NCBI GenBank assembly: GCA_013239625.1
Contig: MU054187.1
Coordinates: 24,802,433 to 24,866,432 of the forward strand
Reading direction: 5' to 3'
Source of the DNA: Lama guanicoe
Lineage: Eukaryota
Length of the DNA stretch: 64,000 nt
Shown here: one piece after another, positions 42,649-54,600 of the stretch
Layout: the number at the start of each line of letters is the position of its first letter
Numbering within the stretch: position 1 is the stretch's first letter
Translations under genes and position numbers: made by a program
The notes under the pieces: model-generated
Databases searched by the model: none
What the model was told of the DNA's origin: nothing
The model's input: only the letters and a program-made list of their open reading frames with translations

Positions 42649-45600
42649 CTGTACAGAACATAGATAGCATTATATTCCAGTTAAATATGGAAATGAATTA
42701 ACCACTGTCAAATGATAAAATGTGAGAGAAAACTGCTCGTTACATCAATCCATTAAGGGCTGGATTAAATTCTTAGATGTGAATAAATCACAAGGTTGTT
42801 TTTGAAATCTGTTTATCACAGTGAAACACTGACTCAGGCTAGTACCAGATCAGGTTAAGAGTTGCAATCTACTTCTGCTCCTCTGTAAGTTTTTAAAGTA
42901 GATTTCTAGAAATGAATGCGTGGTTGCTCCTTGGATGGATCTGTCAAGTCTGCTTAAGAAGTAAGTAGGTAACTAGATTACCTGTTTATTCTTCTCACAC
43001 AGATCCTTCAGTAAAGCATCTAGTTCATTTTCATCTATGTATCCATTGCCATCCTGAGGGAGGGGTAATAAAATAGGACATAAGTAACTTCATCCATTAA
43101 AATGGGGAATGTAGTAAAATGGAAATAATTAAAAGCTTCCTACTGCATATTGGCAGATATTCTAACCTCTATGTCAGACCCTCAAATTTTTAACTGCTGT
43201 GTAAAGTTCTAAAATACATGTGAATTGCCTCTCATTCAGCACCTCACATTTGTAAAATGCTTTGAACTTTTCAAAGTGCTTTCACATTTAGTATTTCACT
43301 TTATGTTAACAATATCACCACCTCCTACTGAAGTAAGTAAGCACAAATATTTTCATGTGAATGAGGACATAGGCTTGGGGAAGCTGTAAAGTTCCTTTAA
43401 TATTTGTTGTAAAGCTGGTTTGGTGGTGGTGAATTCTTTTAGCTTTTGTTTACCTGTGAAGCTTTTGATTTCTCCACCAAGTCTGAATGAGAGCCCTGCT
43501 GGATACAGTAACCTTGGTTGTAAGTTTTCCTCTTTCATCACTTTAAATATATCGTGCCACTCCCTTCTGGCCTGTAGAATTTCTGCTGAAAACTCAGCTA
43601 ACAGCCTTATGGGAGCTCGCTTACATGTTACTTGTTGCTTTTCTCTTGCTGATTTTAATATTTTCTCCTTATCCTTAATTTTTGTCAATTTGATGACTAT
43701 GTGCCTTGATGTGCTCCTCTTTGGGTTGATCCTGTGTGGAACTCTGCACTTCCTGGACTTGGATGACTGTTTCCTTTCCAAAGTTGGGGAATTTTTTAGT
43801 TATTATCGCCACATAACTTTTCTCAGGTCCTTTCTCTCTTTCTGGGACCTCTATCACGTGAATATTAGTGTGCTCCAAGTTGTCCCGGAGTTCTCTTAAA
43901 CTAGCCTCATTTCTTTTCATTCTTTTTTCTTTTTTCTGTTCTGCAGTAGTGATTTCCACTAATCTGTCTTATAGCAAATTGATCCGTTCTTCTGCCTCAT
44001 TTAATCTGTTCTTGGTTCCTTCTAGTATGTTATTCATCTCAGTGATTTTTACTTTCAACTCAGAGTATTCTTTATATTTTCCAACTCTTTGCTAAAAACT
44101 TTGCTCTGTGCATCTATACTCCTCTTGAGTTCTCTGAACATCTTCTCCATCATTATTTTAAACTCTTTCTCAGATAAATTACCTATTTTATCATCACTTA
44201 TTTCTTCTTCTCAGATTCTATCTTGTGCCTTGGCCTGGGAGATATTCCCCTGCTGCCTCATATTGTCTATCTTTCTATTTGTATTTTTAGGTAGGCAGTT
44301 ACCTTCCCGACCTTGGAGAGGTGGCCCTTTGTGGGCCTAGGCATCCCTACTGCTGGATATTTTCATCTAGCTTAATCCTCATTCTACCCTGGAAAGTGAG
44401 TATTACTATCTCATTTACAAATGAGGAATTGAGGTTCAGAGGAGTTTGGTAACTTTCAAAGCCTCACAGGAGATAAAGTGTGGCATGGGATTTGATTCAA
44501 ATTTATCTAATTTGGGGTATAATAATTGACTTCTTATGACAAGAATGAATTGGGTGAGTAATTTTAATAGTTCAGGTTTCTTTTAATATAATCTTGAGTT
44601 TGAGGCTTTTTTCTCTTTGTGAGCTATTTCCAAATTTTTCTAGAGTCAAATTATAGATAAGAAAAAAGCTTTACCTGATCATATAACTCAAAAGCTTTAT
44701 TGAACTCTTTCCCACACATTTTGACTCCCTAGATGATAGAGAAGAGAGCAAAGGTTAAAATGTTACAATTACATATCTCACATTCTAACCTTTCAAAAAA
44801 TATTCTTTATGGTAGAGAAAAAGAAAAATACCTGAAATTTAAGAAGAAAATTCTCCTGCACTGGTAGTAACCTTTTGAGAGAAAAATATTAATAGATTAG
44901 ATTTTTTTGACAAATATCTTGTTATAATAATATTTGCATACTTCCTAAACTCACCTGGCCATCTCAGTTAATTCCAGCTTCCCATCATTATTTGAATCAA
45001 ACAATTTCAGCTGAAAGACAGAATGCGTTATTGTAGCCACTGAAGAATTATTTATTGCACGAAGCAGAAGACAATTCAAAATAAAGCATTTTCAGTTATC
45101 AATTATTTACACAGACAGCAAAATGCTAGAAACTAGCATCTGTTAACACTTTCAGTGTAAAATTTCAACTCTGTGACTTTCATCAATTGCCAAAGTTTAT
45201 CAGCACGATGTAGAACAGTCAGAGTAACAGCGATCTTAGGCTGGGCTTTTAGAACATAATTATTTTTCTTGCAAAGATGTGTTTATATGTATCAAGATGT
45301 GGGAGAGATGGTGTCTGGCTGTATATAGCACATCCTGAAACTTTCCAAATAACGGTCCGAAATAAATAATTTGTTTCCCTCTTTTACAGCATCAAACAGT
45401 ACGAACAGAAGTAATAGGCAGATAATAGGTATAAACCCTTCGAGAGTAGAATTTTTGAGAGAGTTTGAATGGTTTTATTTCTCTTGGACACTAGGTACTC
45501 GATAAAGCTCCCTACCTCCCCACTGCGCTATACACATCATACACCAAGACATACCCGGGTATAAACACATTCATATCCATATTCGGGAAGCATTTACATT

Positions 45601-48600
45601 TTTAGAAAGTTTCCAACTATTGCTCTAATATATTACATAGGAGGAGTGCATATGAAATCAAGTGTATAAAATATGGAAAAGAGGCATCTTTGTTTTTAAA
45701 GAAAGGAATGTGATCATAAAGGTTATAGGTTTGGTGAAGTCTCTTTAGGGAGAAAAGGAAGAGCATTCTGTGGTTTCAGATATTCTAAGAATCCTTCGTA
45801 GGAGGTAGATTTTTTCAGGACCTGATACTGATACAACATTTTATAATCCATTGACTGTAAGTTCAAAAATTGTCACACCAGCAGGTTACTGGACACCAGA
45901 TCACACAGTTCAGTGTCCACAGGGAATTATTTCCGTATATATAAATTTTAATTTTAATCAGTTCTTGATTAATCTGCTTCCAGGATTTGAGCTGGTTTAT
46001 GACATTTAGTCAGACACGCCAGGCCAATCCAATGGGGGAAACTCCCCTCTGAGTGGTTTTAAAAGGCTGCTTCGAATTTCTACCTGGAGAGGAGTCTTTA
46101 AATAGACATCCCTTGAGATTGGCATAAAACACAAAGTTGATAGATGTAGGTTATTGTTCATTTCCCAAAAGTTATTCAGAGTCTAGATCTGCCCACTGTG
46201 ACACGTGTATGCTAATGCTGTGATAAATGGAAATGTGATGAGGAATTAAAGAGCACACTTCCTTACAATGAAAACTTTTTCAATTGTTTTGAAACTAAAG
46301 ATTAGACCTACTTTATAATAATTACCACTGTATAGTGAATAAAGTAATGGTATAGTTCTAATGTTTTTTTTTTTAATCCCACGTAAAAGTAGGCTGATAG
46401 GCCGAAAGTAAACCTGTTACATCAAATATAATCAAATCCTTTATAAGATTATTCCCCAGGAAAAAAGTCTAACTCCTTTATTGGTATAATATAATTGTTG
46501 TAATAGGCACCTATGTTTTGCAGGTTATTTATTTAAATCAGTGAGGTAAGAATTCACTGTACATTGATAATACTTAAAGCATATATATAAATACATGTAC
46601 TGACTGGGTAATTTGAAACTGTGAATTTCAAAAATTAAGTAGTTAAAATAATGTTTCCAAAAATACTGGCTCATGACTTAATCAGTTTGGCAAAGATTTT
46701 TCCTCACTGTCCCAGTGCTGTGAGTCAAAATGAACAGACTCTACCCACCTGAAAGTTAATTAACTTCATGGGCATTGGATTATTTTGTCTAGAACTTCAT
46801 CAACTTATTTGTTCATTCGTTCCTAAAACATTAAGTACCTATGTGTAAAGCAATTTTCTTAGTGCTATTATCAATATTCTACAATAGCTCTTGGTTATAC
46901 TATTTATGGTAGCACCAGCTCAGGGAATATTCGGATTTCCTCACCCAAAGCACCAAGAACAATATACCAGAATAACAAGAATCGAAAGAAAGAAGCAGGA
47001 AATGCCCCTTTTTTGGTCACTCAATGACTGAAGTAGCTGGGCGTTTTCTTTAAACTTCAACAAAATCTATGATTTCCTAAGACATGATAAAAATGGATCA
47101 GAATCTCTATAATAAATGAGTTTTTAGTGATACAATTTATATATATAAAATGTAACTTACATATATATGTTATATAACTTAGTGATATAATTACACTGGC
47201 TTTGTAAGAATAACAAGGGATCTTCTGATAGATGAAAATTACCTCGCTCCACAGAAAGGAAATGCTCATGTGTTGCATGCTTGTAACACTCAGCCTTACA
47301 AGGTGTAAGCACCCTAGTTATTTCACTTTTCAAGTGAAATGATACTTATGTGCATGTGATGCTCACAACCATGGTGTATTTACTTCCTCCTGTGTAGCCT
47401 CAGGAATTAGCCAGAGCACAGTAATATTTCACAGGCTCTTGGCTACAATCTTTCCAAGCCCAGTCTTACCATTAGGTCCGTATACTCGGCTAGCTTTGTA
47501 TCATCAACAGTCTTGTTTGCTTTTTCTAGCAGGTCCTTTAGAAAGTTCTGTTAAGACAAAAAACAGTCAGATAAATTTCATCAAGAGCAAACAGTCTGCT
47601 TTCATCTCAGCCTGCCTTGAAATGGAACACCCCAGGAATATGAAGAAAGTCTCTTTCTAAGGGCAGAACTGGGTAAGGAGAGGTGCTTACAAGGGAGGTC
47701 CTCTTGGCGTTCCAGCAATGACACTGCCTTTGACAGGCCTTTTACTGAGAACTGATCTGTTACCATCTATGCTAAGCTGTGCTATGCTTTTATGATCTCA
47801 GTTAGAGTATCTGGATTGCGCACTGTGTAGGAATCAGAGGAAAAACTTGTAAAACCAGCCAGCCCAATGAATGCATTTCTACCTAACGATATCTTCACAG
47901 ATACTCATATGACTCTGCTGCAAGAAACACAAGGGACCCCGTTATGCCTTCATAAGGTATGTGAACAATTATCAACAAACAAGATGGAAATACACCCCTA
48001 ATTTCAAGTGCATTTTATGCCCACACAAGCAGTTTTCACATCAGTTTACAGCCAAAATGAAGCTCTTCTCACCAGAGGGCCAGTCGGTTAGCTTTGGGGA
48101 TTGATGCAGTCCAAAGCACCTTGGTTAGAACGCGTCAGCTGCCTGTGCAAATTAAAGCAGTTGACTGCAGATCTTACCTAATCTTTGTAGAATACATGAA
48201 TCACATCAAAGTAGAGATTAATGTGGGAAGGATGAAAATGATGATTATTAATTTGACAGTTAAAGTATAGGAGTGAGTTTAATTTTTTTAACAGGGAAAT
48301 AAATCAAATAAAGGCTTTACAAAAGTTTGCCATATAAATGGCAATGTAAGTACTTACGCATATAACAGTCTTCATTTTGTCTAGGGCTATTCATTTGCAA
48401 CTTCTTTCTTTGTTCAGAAAATGAATTAATGCAATTATGGAAAACTGAGCAGATACTATGTTCAGACATTATTGAAGGATTGGGTTTCTCCGGCTGTGCA
48501 GCCATTTACCTCCCTCTCACATGTACTAGTTCTGCTGAACTGATTTAACTTCATTATTTTCAAGGAAGGAGATCTTTTTCTTGGTTTGATAAATTTATTC

Positions 48601-51600
48601 TCACTTCAGACATTCCACTTCAAATCCAAAGTGAAGCATGGAAAATTCAGTTATCTGTTGGGGGTGAATTTTATTTTTGAACTTTATGAGGCTTTTGTCA
48701 GAGACTAATTGGGTTAAAAATCCTCACCAGAGACTGAAATGGTGGTCACAAAAATAGCCTGGAAGAAACTTCGGGACGCTGAGATTCAAAGTCGTGTCTG
48801 AGAGCAAGCAATGTTTTACTCTATTATGGATCTTAAAATTAGTTTTCTTGAAAGATCCATTAAAAAAGAATGCCAACTTATCTTCAAAATTCCCCAGAGA
48901 GGAGTGCTTCTATTTAGAATCTCTTTTGAGAATAAAATTTAGAACAAAGAAGACCAGTATTAGAACTGAACTTAAGTTTCCTTATGAACTTGAAATGATT
49001 TTTAAAATATATTTTTTGGTCCAATAGGATAAAAACACAATAGTTTAACTTGTGGGCTCTCGGTTGCTAAGCTGCAAATTTGTGAAAGACACTGTTTTTA
49101 GTAATTTCACATCAAAAAGGTTTACATTTCTAAGTGTTCTCAGTTAAATGTTTTAGAAGTTTTGCAGTGGTCCAAAGTGACCCCCAAATCATGTTAAGCT
49201 GTGACTAGGAGACCATATTTATATTCATATTTTCCTGCATAAGCAGAAGAGGTAGCTTTTGATGACTGAAGCTTGAAAGCATGTGGTATTGTGGGAAAAA
49301 AAACATTATTACCATTATCAGATATTCCGTGTCCACATCTGTGTTCTTTTCCCAGGTAGCTGTGTAATCTTGAAAAATATCTAATCTCTCTGAATTTCAT
49401 TTCTCTGTTTGTGGTAATGGGACTCATAATACCTTCCCTGCAACTTTTCTGTAAGGATTAAATGTTAAAATACATTTCAAGCACCTCGTATTATGCCTGC
49501 CATATAGTAGGTGCTCAATAATTACTAATTTTCTTCCCTTTTAGTCATTCTGTATCCTGAAGATAAGGAAAATAAGGTTTTCTGGACTGAGCAGTTTGGG
49601 GTCAATTTAAAGAAATGAGAGAGAGCTGATTTCGTATTTCTGAAAGGCTAGTAAATTACTGAGTTCACGACTAACATGTTTATTGTGCCTGTATTTCACA
49701 AAAATCTTTCATGGGCAACATCGTTCTTGAGTTTCACAAAAAATCTGAAAGAAGGTATTACTACCCCCATTTAAAAGATGAAAAAAAAATCAGGCAGAAT
49801 GATGAAGAGATCTGCCCAGAAGTAGGACTTGACTTTGGACCTTTCTGCCTTTTCCTTTACATCTGCCTTCTCCCGCACCAGCTCCTACGTACATCTGTGA
49901 GATAGGAACTGACTGATTCATTTTTTCAAAGTTGCAGTTTTTCAGAAGTTTGACTATATCAGGACATTGTTTTTATAATAGTTACTGAGAGGCAGGAGGC
50001 TGCAGGGAATGTCTAGGGGCCCGGGAGGCAGACAAGTTTAAAGAGCACAGCTCTGTGTCTTATTTCTGTGTAGCCATAAGTACATGACCTAACCTCTCTT
50101 AACTTTTTTACTCACTAGAATAATACTAATCTCAAATAACTCACATGAAGATTAAATAAGATGTGTGTAAAGTACCTGGCCTATAGTAGGTGTCCAACTA
50201 ATGTTTAACTTGAAAGAGGAATCTATTTTATATAGTTGTTTAATTTATAAAATAAAGTGCCAAATTGCAACAAAAGAACTGACTTATTCGGCTTAGTGTA
50301 TCATTATCTATCTATCTATCTACCTACCTACCTACCTATTCATCCATCTATCTATCCATCTATCTGTCTATAATCTATCATCTACCTCTTATATAACAAT
50401 TTGTATAGACCACAGAGAATTCTAATTTCGCAATGCTTAACAGAATTTCAAAAAGTACTTGAAGTCTCTTTTTTGATCTGGTACTTCATTAATGATATGG
50501 AAGAGTGGGTGAAAATATGCCATTGCTCAACGTTAGTTTCTTTTGTGGGAGGTTTTTTAAAAAGCTACAAAGTTCATAATTGTATTTGAAAGGAAAAAAA
50601 TTTAAGCACAATATTCTCTTTGCTTACCTTAAGCTCCTCGGTTTCTATGAAGCCGCTGTGATCAGTGTCATATCTTCTCCATGTCTGTAAGTAATTTTGG
50701 ATAAGGAAAACCAAATACGTTAGAAAAAAAGAGGCAACCATTTTCCTATTTTAAGTAGCTTTCTGAAGACGTCACTCAGTGACACAGCTTTCTTATACCT
50801 TCATGAACTCCTCACAGGACTTCAGCTGCTGGCATCGGAAAAGCAGCAGGAAGTTCTCTTCCGTGGGTAACACGTGGGCCAGCTGCAAAAGATTTAAAAA
50901 GTGTTGTAAGGAGCTTGAAAGCGAGCCTCACGTTCCCTGCTCTTAGTTGTTACTGAACATAGTTCTATTACCCAGAAACCCAGGGGAAGAAAAGCATTGC
51001 GATCGCTTTTCCCCTGCTGATCGTCCGTGCCCTCGCAGCGGCGTCCCGGTTTGCGGGCTTGGCTGCGCTTGCGCGGAGGCGCTCCGGCCGGGAAGCCGGC
51101 GCAGCGCGCGTCCGCAGGCGGCGCAGGCCGCTGTGGTCTGGCCGCTCCGCACCTGCGGGGCACGCGAGCTGACCCGTCCTGGTGGCTCGAACCCTTTGTC
51201 TGTGCCACAAATCAGGTCTTGCTCCTCTCAGGCCCCATAGACCGGCACACGTGGGGCCGTACATTCCATGTAAAATGAAAGAGACCGTGAGAAATAGGAC
51301 TGTAGGGGAGGGGACAGAGGGAAAATAATGCATTCTCAAGTCCGAGAAGAAAGCTTACTAAGAGATTCAAAGCAACACAAACTCAAAACAGTTCTAAGAC
51401 AGTGGAAAGAGGTGGAAAAGACAATTCACAATGAACAGTGGGAACTGAATAGTAACAGGGAGTATCAGCTCTCAGATTTTTGGTTCCTGCTAAAAGAACA
51501 TTTATTGCGCGAATCCAGCGCTTGGATTTTATTTTACGGTCTCCGTTTTGTGACCCTATGACATTTCTCCACTGATCTCATTTCATAACTTAGAAGCTCC

Positions 51601-54600
51601 TTTTTTTTTTTTTTGAGGAAAGAAGGGCTCCAGATCCCATTTTAAGATGAATATAATCTATCTATTGCGTGCAGGGAAGGAGGGAGTTGGATTGATGGCC
51701 TCACTGAATATGTGAATTCTATTCCTGGCTCAGCTGCTAATTAGCTGTGTTCCCCAGCAACTCCCTCAGCCATTTCTGGAACTTAGCGCCCTCATCACTA
51801 AAATAAGGAATTGGAATAGAAACCAGTGTCTCTTAAATGTACTGGGTTTGAAATGACTTTGAGAATCCGTTAGAATCACTACATCGTCACCATTAAAGAA
51901 TAAACCTACAGCACTGTATTTCATCTAATTCCCAGAAGGTAATGAATCTCCTGAAATACAGGCATAGACCCTCGTCTCTGGATTTTAGACCAAGAACCTG
52001 TGGTCTAGATCAACCTTAAGGGCAACATAAGCTCCAAAATTTGTACTAAATTATAGGAAAGACTCTCAACTCACACTTTAAAAAAAATTGTCCTTTTAGG
52101 TTTATTTAAAAAATTAAAATGTAATATAATAAAATGTGTCATTCTACCTTATCTGCAAGTAATCTCAATTTTTAATTATATTTTTTATAATATATCCTTT
52201 AACCTAGCTTATTTTTAGATCTTTGAAATAATAATCTCAAATTAGAACCAGACAGTTTATACACACTAATAATGAGATGAAACTAATGGATGGGGCCAGA
52301 CAACTTATTAGGATGTTTAGTATGACTCAGTCAGAACACATTTTTTAATTTATTTTGAAACAAATGTCACTACTATGGTTGTGCATTAATGCAAGCATTC
52401 ACTAAGGAAACAGGGAGTAGCCAATGCCAACTCTTCCTTTATGTATTAGTGTGTAACTTGTCAGGTAGCCACTTTGTCAGTTTTTGGTGGACTTCCCCAC
52501 TGACCGTCCGTTTCAGAGGGTGAAGACTATTCTTTGTCTGCATCCCTTGAATCCTCAGTGGGATGCTCAACACACTAGGTGCCTGACATAAATGTTTGGG
52601 ATTGGTTGATAATTTTACTTCATTAAGAATACCTACTTAACATGATTTATAGTGAGCATTGTTTTTCTATCTTCATTGCAATTTTCTATTTTGTTTGTTG
52701 TTTTGTGCAAAAAATAACAAGTTTTCTTAAAATTTTTCTACTTATTGAAACCCACCAAATACATGAAAACAGAAAAAAAATAATGAGTTAATAAGCAATG
52801 ACCATGTGTAAGATTAGGGAAATAACCGTTTTGTTTCAAAAATTAAAGTCTAACTTTCACAATGTTCAGAGGTCCCTACAGTGTCAAATATAGAGATGGT
52901 AAAATTCTCTTCAGGTTTAGTGTAAATGTGTATTTCTTTGTCCATGTCATTTTGGTCCTAGTTGGTTTATTTATAAGAAAACAACATTTTATCTGCATGT
53001 AACATATTCAGACTTTTACTTTCATTGTGCTATTAATTTTGAACTGAATAACGTGCCATCCTGTTCTACAGATATTGTGGATAGGCATGTGGCTATAAAG
53101 AAACCACCTTTTTTAAGGTGTGTTTCACAATGAGGTGGTCCTGTGTTATCTGTTAGTCCTTCCATTGATGCATATGAATCAATATTCAAATTTAAGAGCT
53201 GGGTATAGTAACTCTCCAGCTGTTGTCTCTGGACAATGTCCACAAAGTGCCTGAGGTCCTCTATAGAAACTGCTTTTTTTCCTCAGATTTGCTAAGTCAC
53301 TGTTGTCCATAGAATTATCCAGAACTGCGTGTCCCAAGATTACTGGTGATTTCTTAGTCCTTGGGCGGGCTGCCTCCTGGCTCTTTTATAAACTCTCAAA
53401 ACTTTATTACGGATTGGAGAAGAGAGGAGAGAAAATCAACGGAATGTGTGGAAGGCAGATAGCTGTGGTTACAAGGAGAATCAGACCTTAATTTATGAAA
53501 ACTGGTTGCTTGTCACTGAGAACGGGGAAGGAAAATTTTTTCTCTATTTGCCTGTATTCCCTATCAGTCTATATACATTTTGAGGAGAGGGTCTGTGTTT
53601 TAATTATTGTTTCTTTGCCTGGCACTTGCACAAATTTAAGTAGGTATTTTAATGAACCAATGAATGAAGGCAATTGACTATCTAGGGTCCGCATAGGCTG
53701 AAAGTAAGTGGAAATTAAGTTCCTTTGGAGGTAATTCAAATAACTTATCAGTCAGGTGTGGATAAAGGTTGGGTGGACACTGTGATACACCATCCAGAGC
53801 TTTCTTTAGGTGCTAGGAGTGTTGCAGTCAGGTCTCTTAGAGCTGTATTCCCCAAGGAGGCTGAATTCCATGACTGATCAGCATGGGGATATGAAACCTA
53901 GCCTTCTCAGTCAAAATTTGGGACATCTCTGAAGGGTTGTCCCAGCTTCGGAGCTCACTGTAGGGTCAGCTAAAGTCTCCTTTGAGGCTGTAATACAGCT
54001 CAAGGTCTCCCTCTGCCCATTGCTGTTCTTTTCATTTCCTTTTGGCAGGTACTGGTCTCAAGAGCACTTCCTAATAAACTTCCTCATCACTAATCTTCAA
54101 CTCAGATATGCTTCCCAGGGAGCTCAGCCTGCCCCATGACAGGGATCGTTACATCTCTCTTCTGTTTCTAGGTATAATAATGAGCCCTTGCATTGTGTTT
54201 TGAAGTAGGTTGGAATCCCTTGCTATGGCTCACATGGCTATGATTCAGAACCTGCTAGGCACTGTCCTGGATGCTGGGGATTCAGAGCCACCGACAGCAA
54301 GAAATTTACAGGGAGGCAGATAATTTCAAAAAAAATTTTTTTTCAGAAAATTCCAAAGTAGGAGATAGCTACAATGATAAAGCTATGTTCTAGGTGCTGG
54401 GAGAGTACACATGAACAACAACTTCACTAGAAACATAAATGACCCAGGTACATAACTTAAAGCACACAGTCTTGGTGTGTGTTAGCTTGAAGACAGTCTT
54501 GGTACATGTTAGCTTCCTTTAACACATATTAATACAACATTCACCTTTTTACTTTGGGAACCAAAGAAATTTTTTTCTAGCCAATAAGCAGTGAGTCTAG

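Noticed and set aside
51150..51260. tRNA gene suggested by the GGTTCGA motif
   Set aside because: No cloverleaf, acceptor stem or A-box could be formed.
50894..51339. Overlapping Ala/Arg/Pro-rich ORFs on both strands
   Set aside because: By-product of the CpG island; no recognisable protein and mostly non-ATG starts.
54466..54515. Two-unit ~27-bp tandem repeat (acagtcttggt...tgttagctt)
   Set aside because: Ordinary small slippage duplication; not an array and no spacer pattern.
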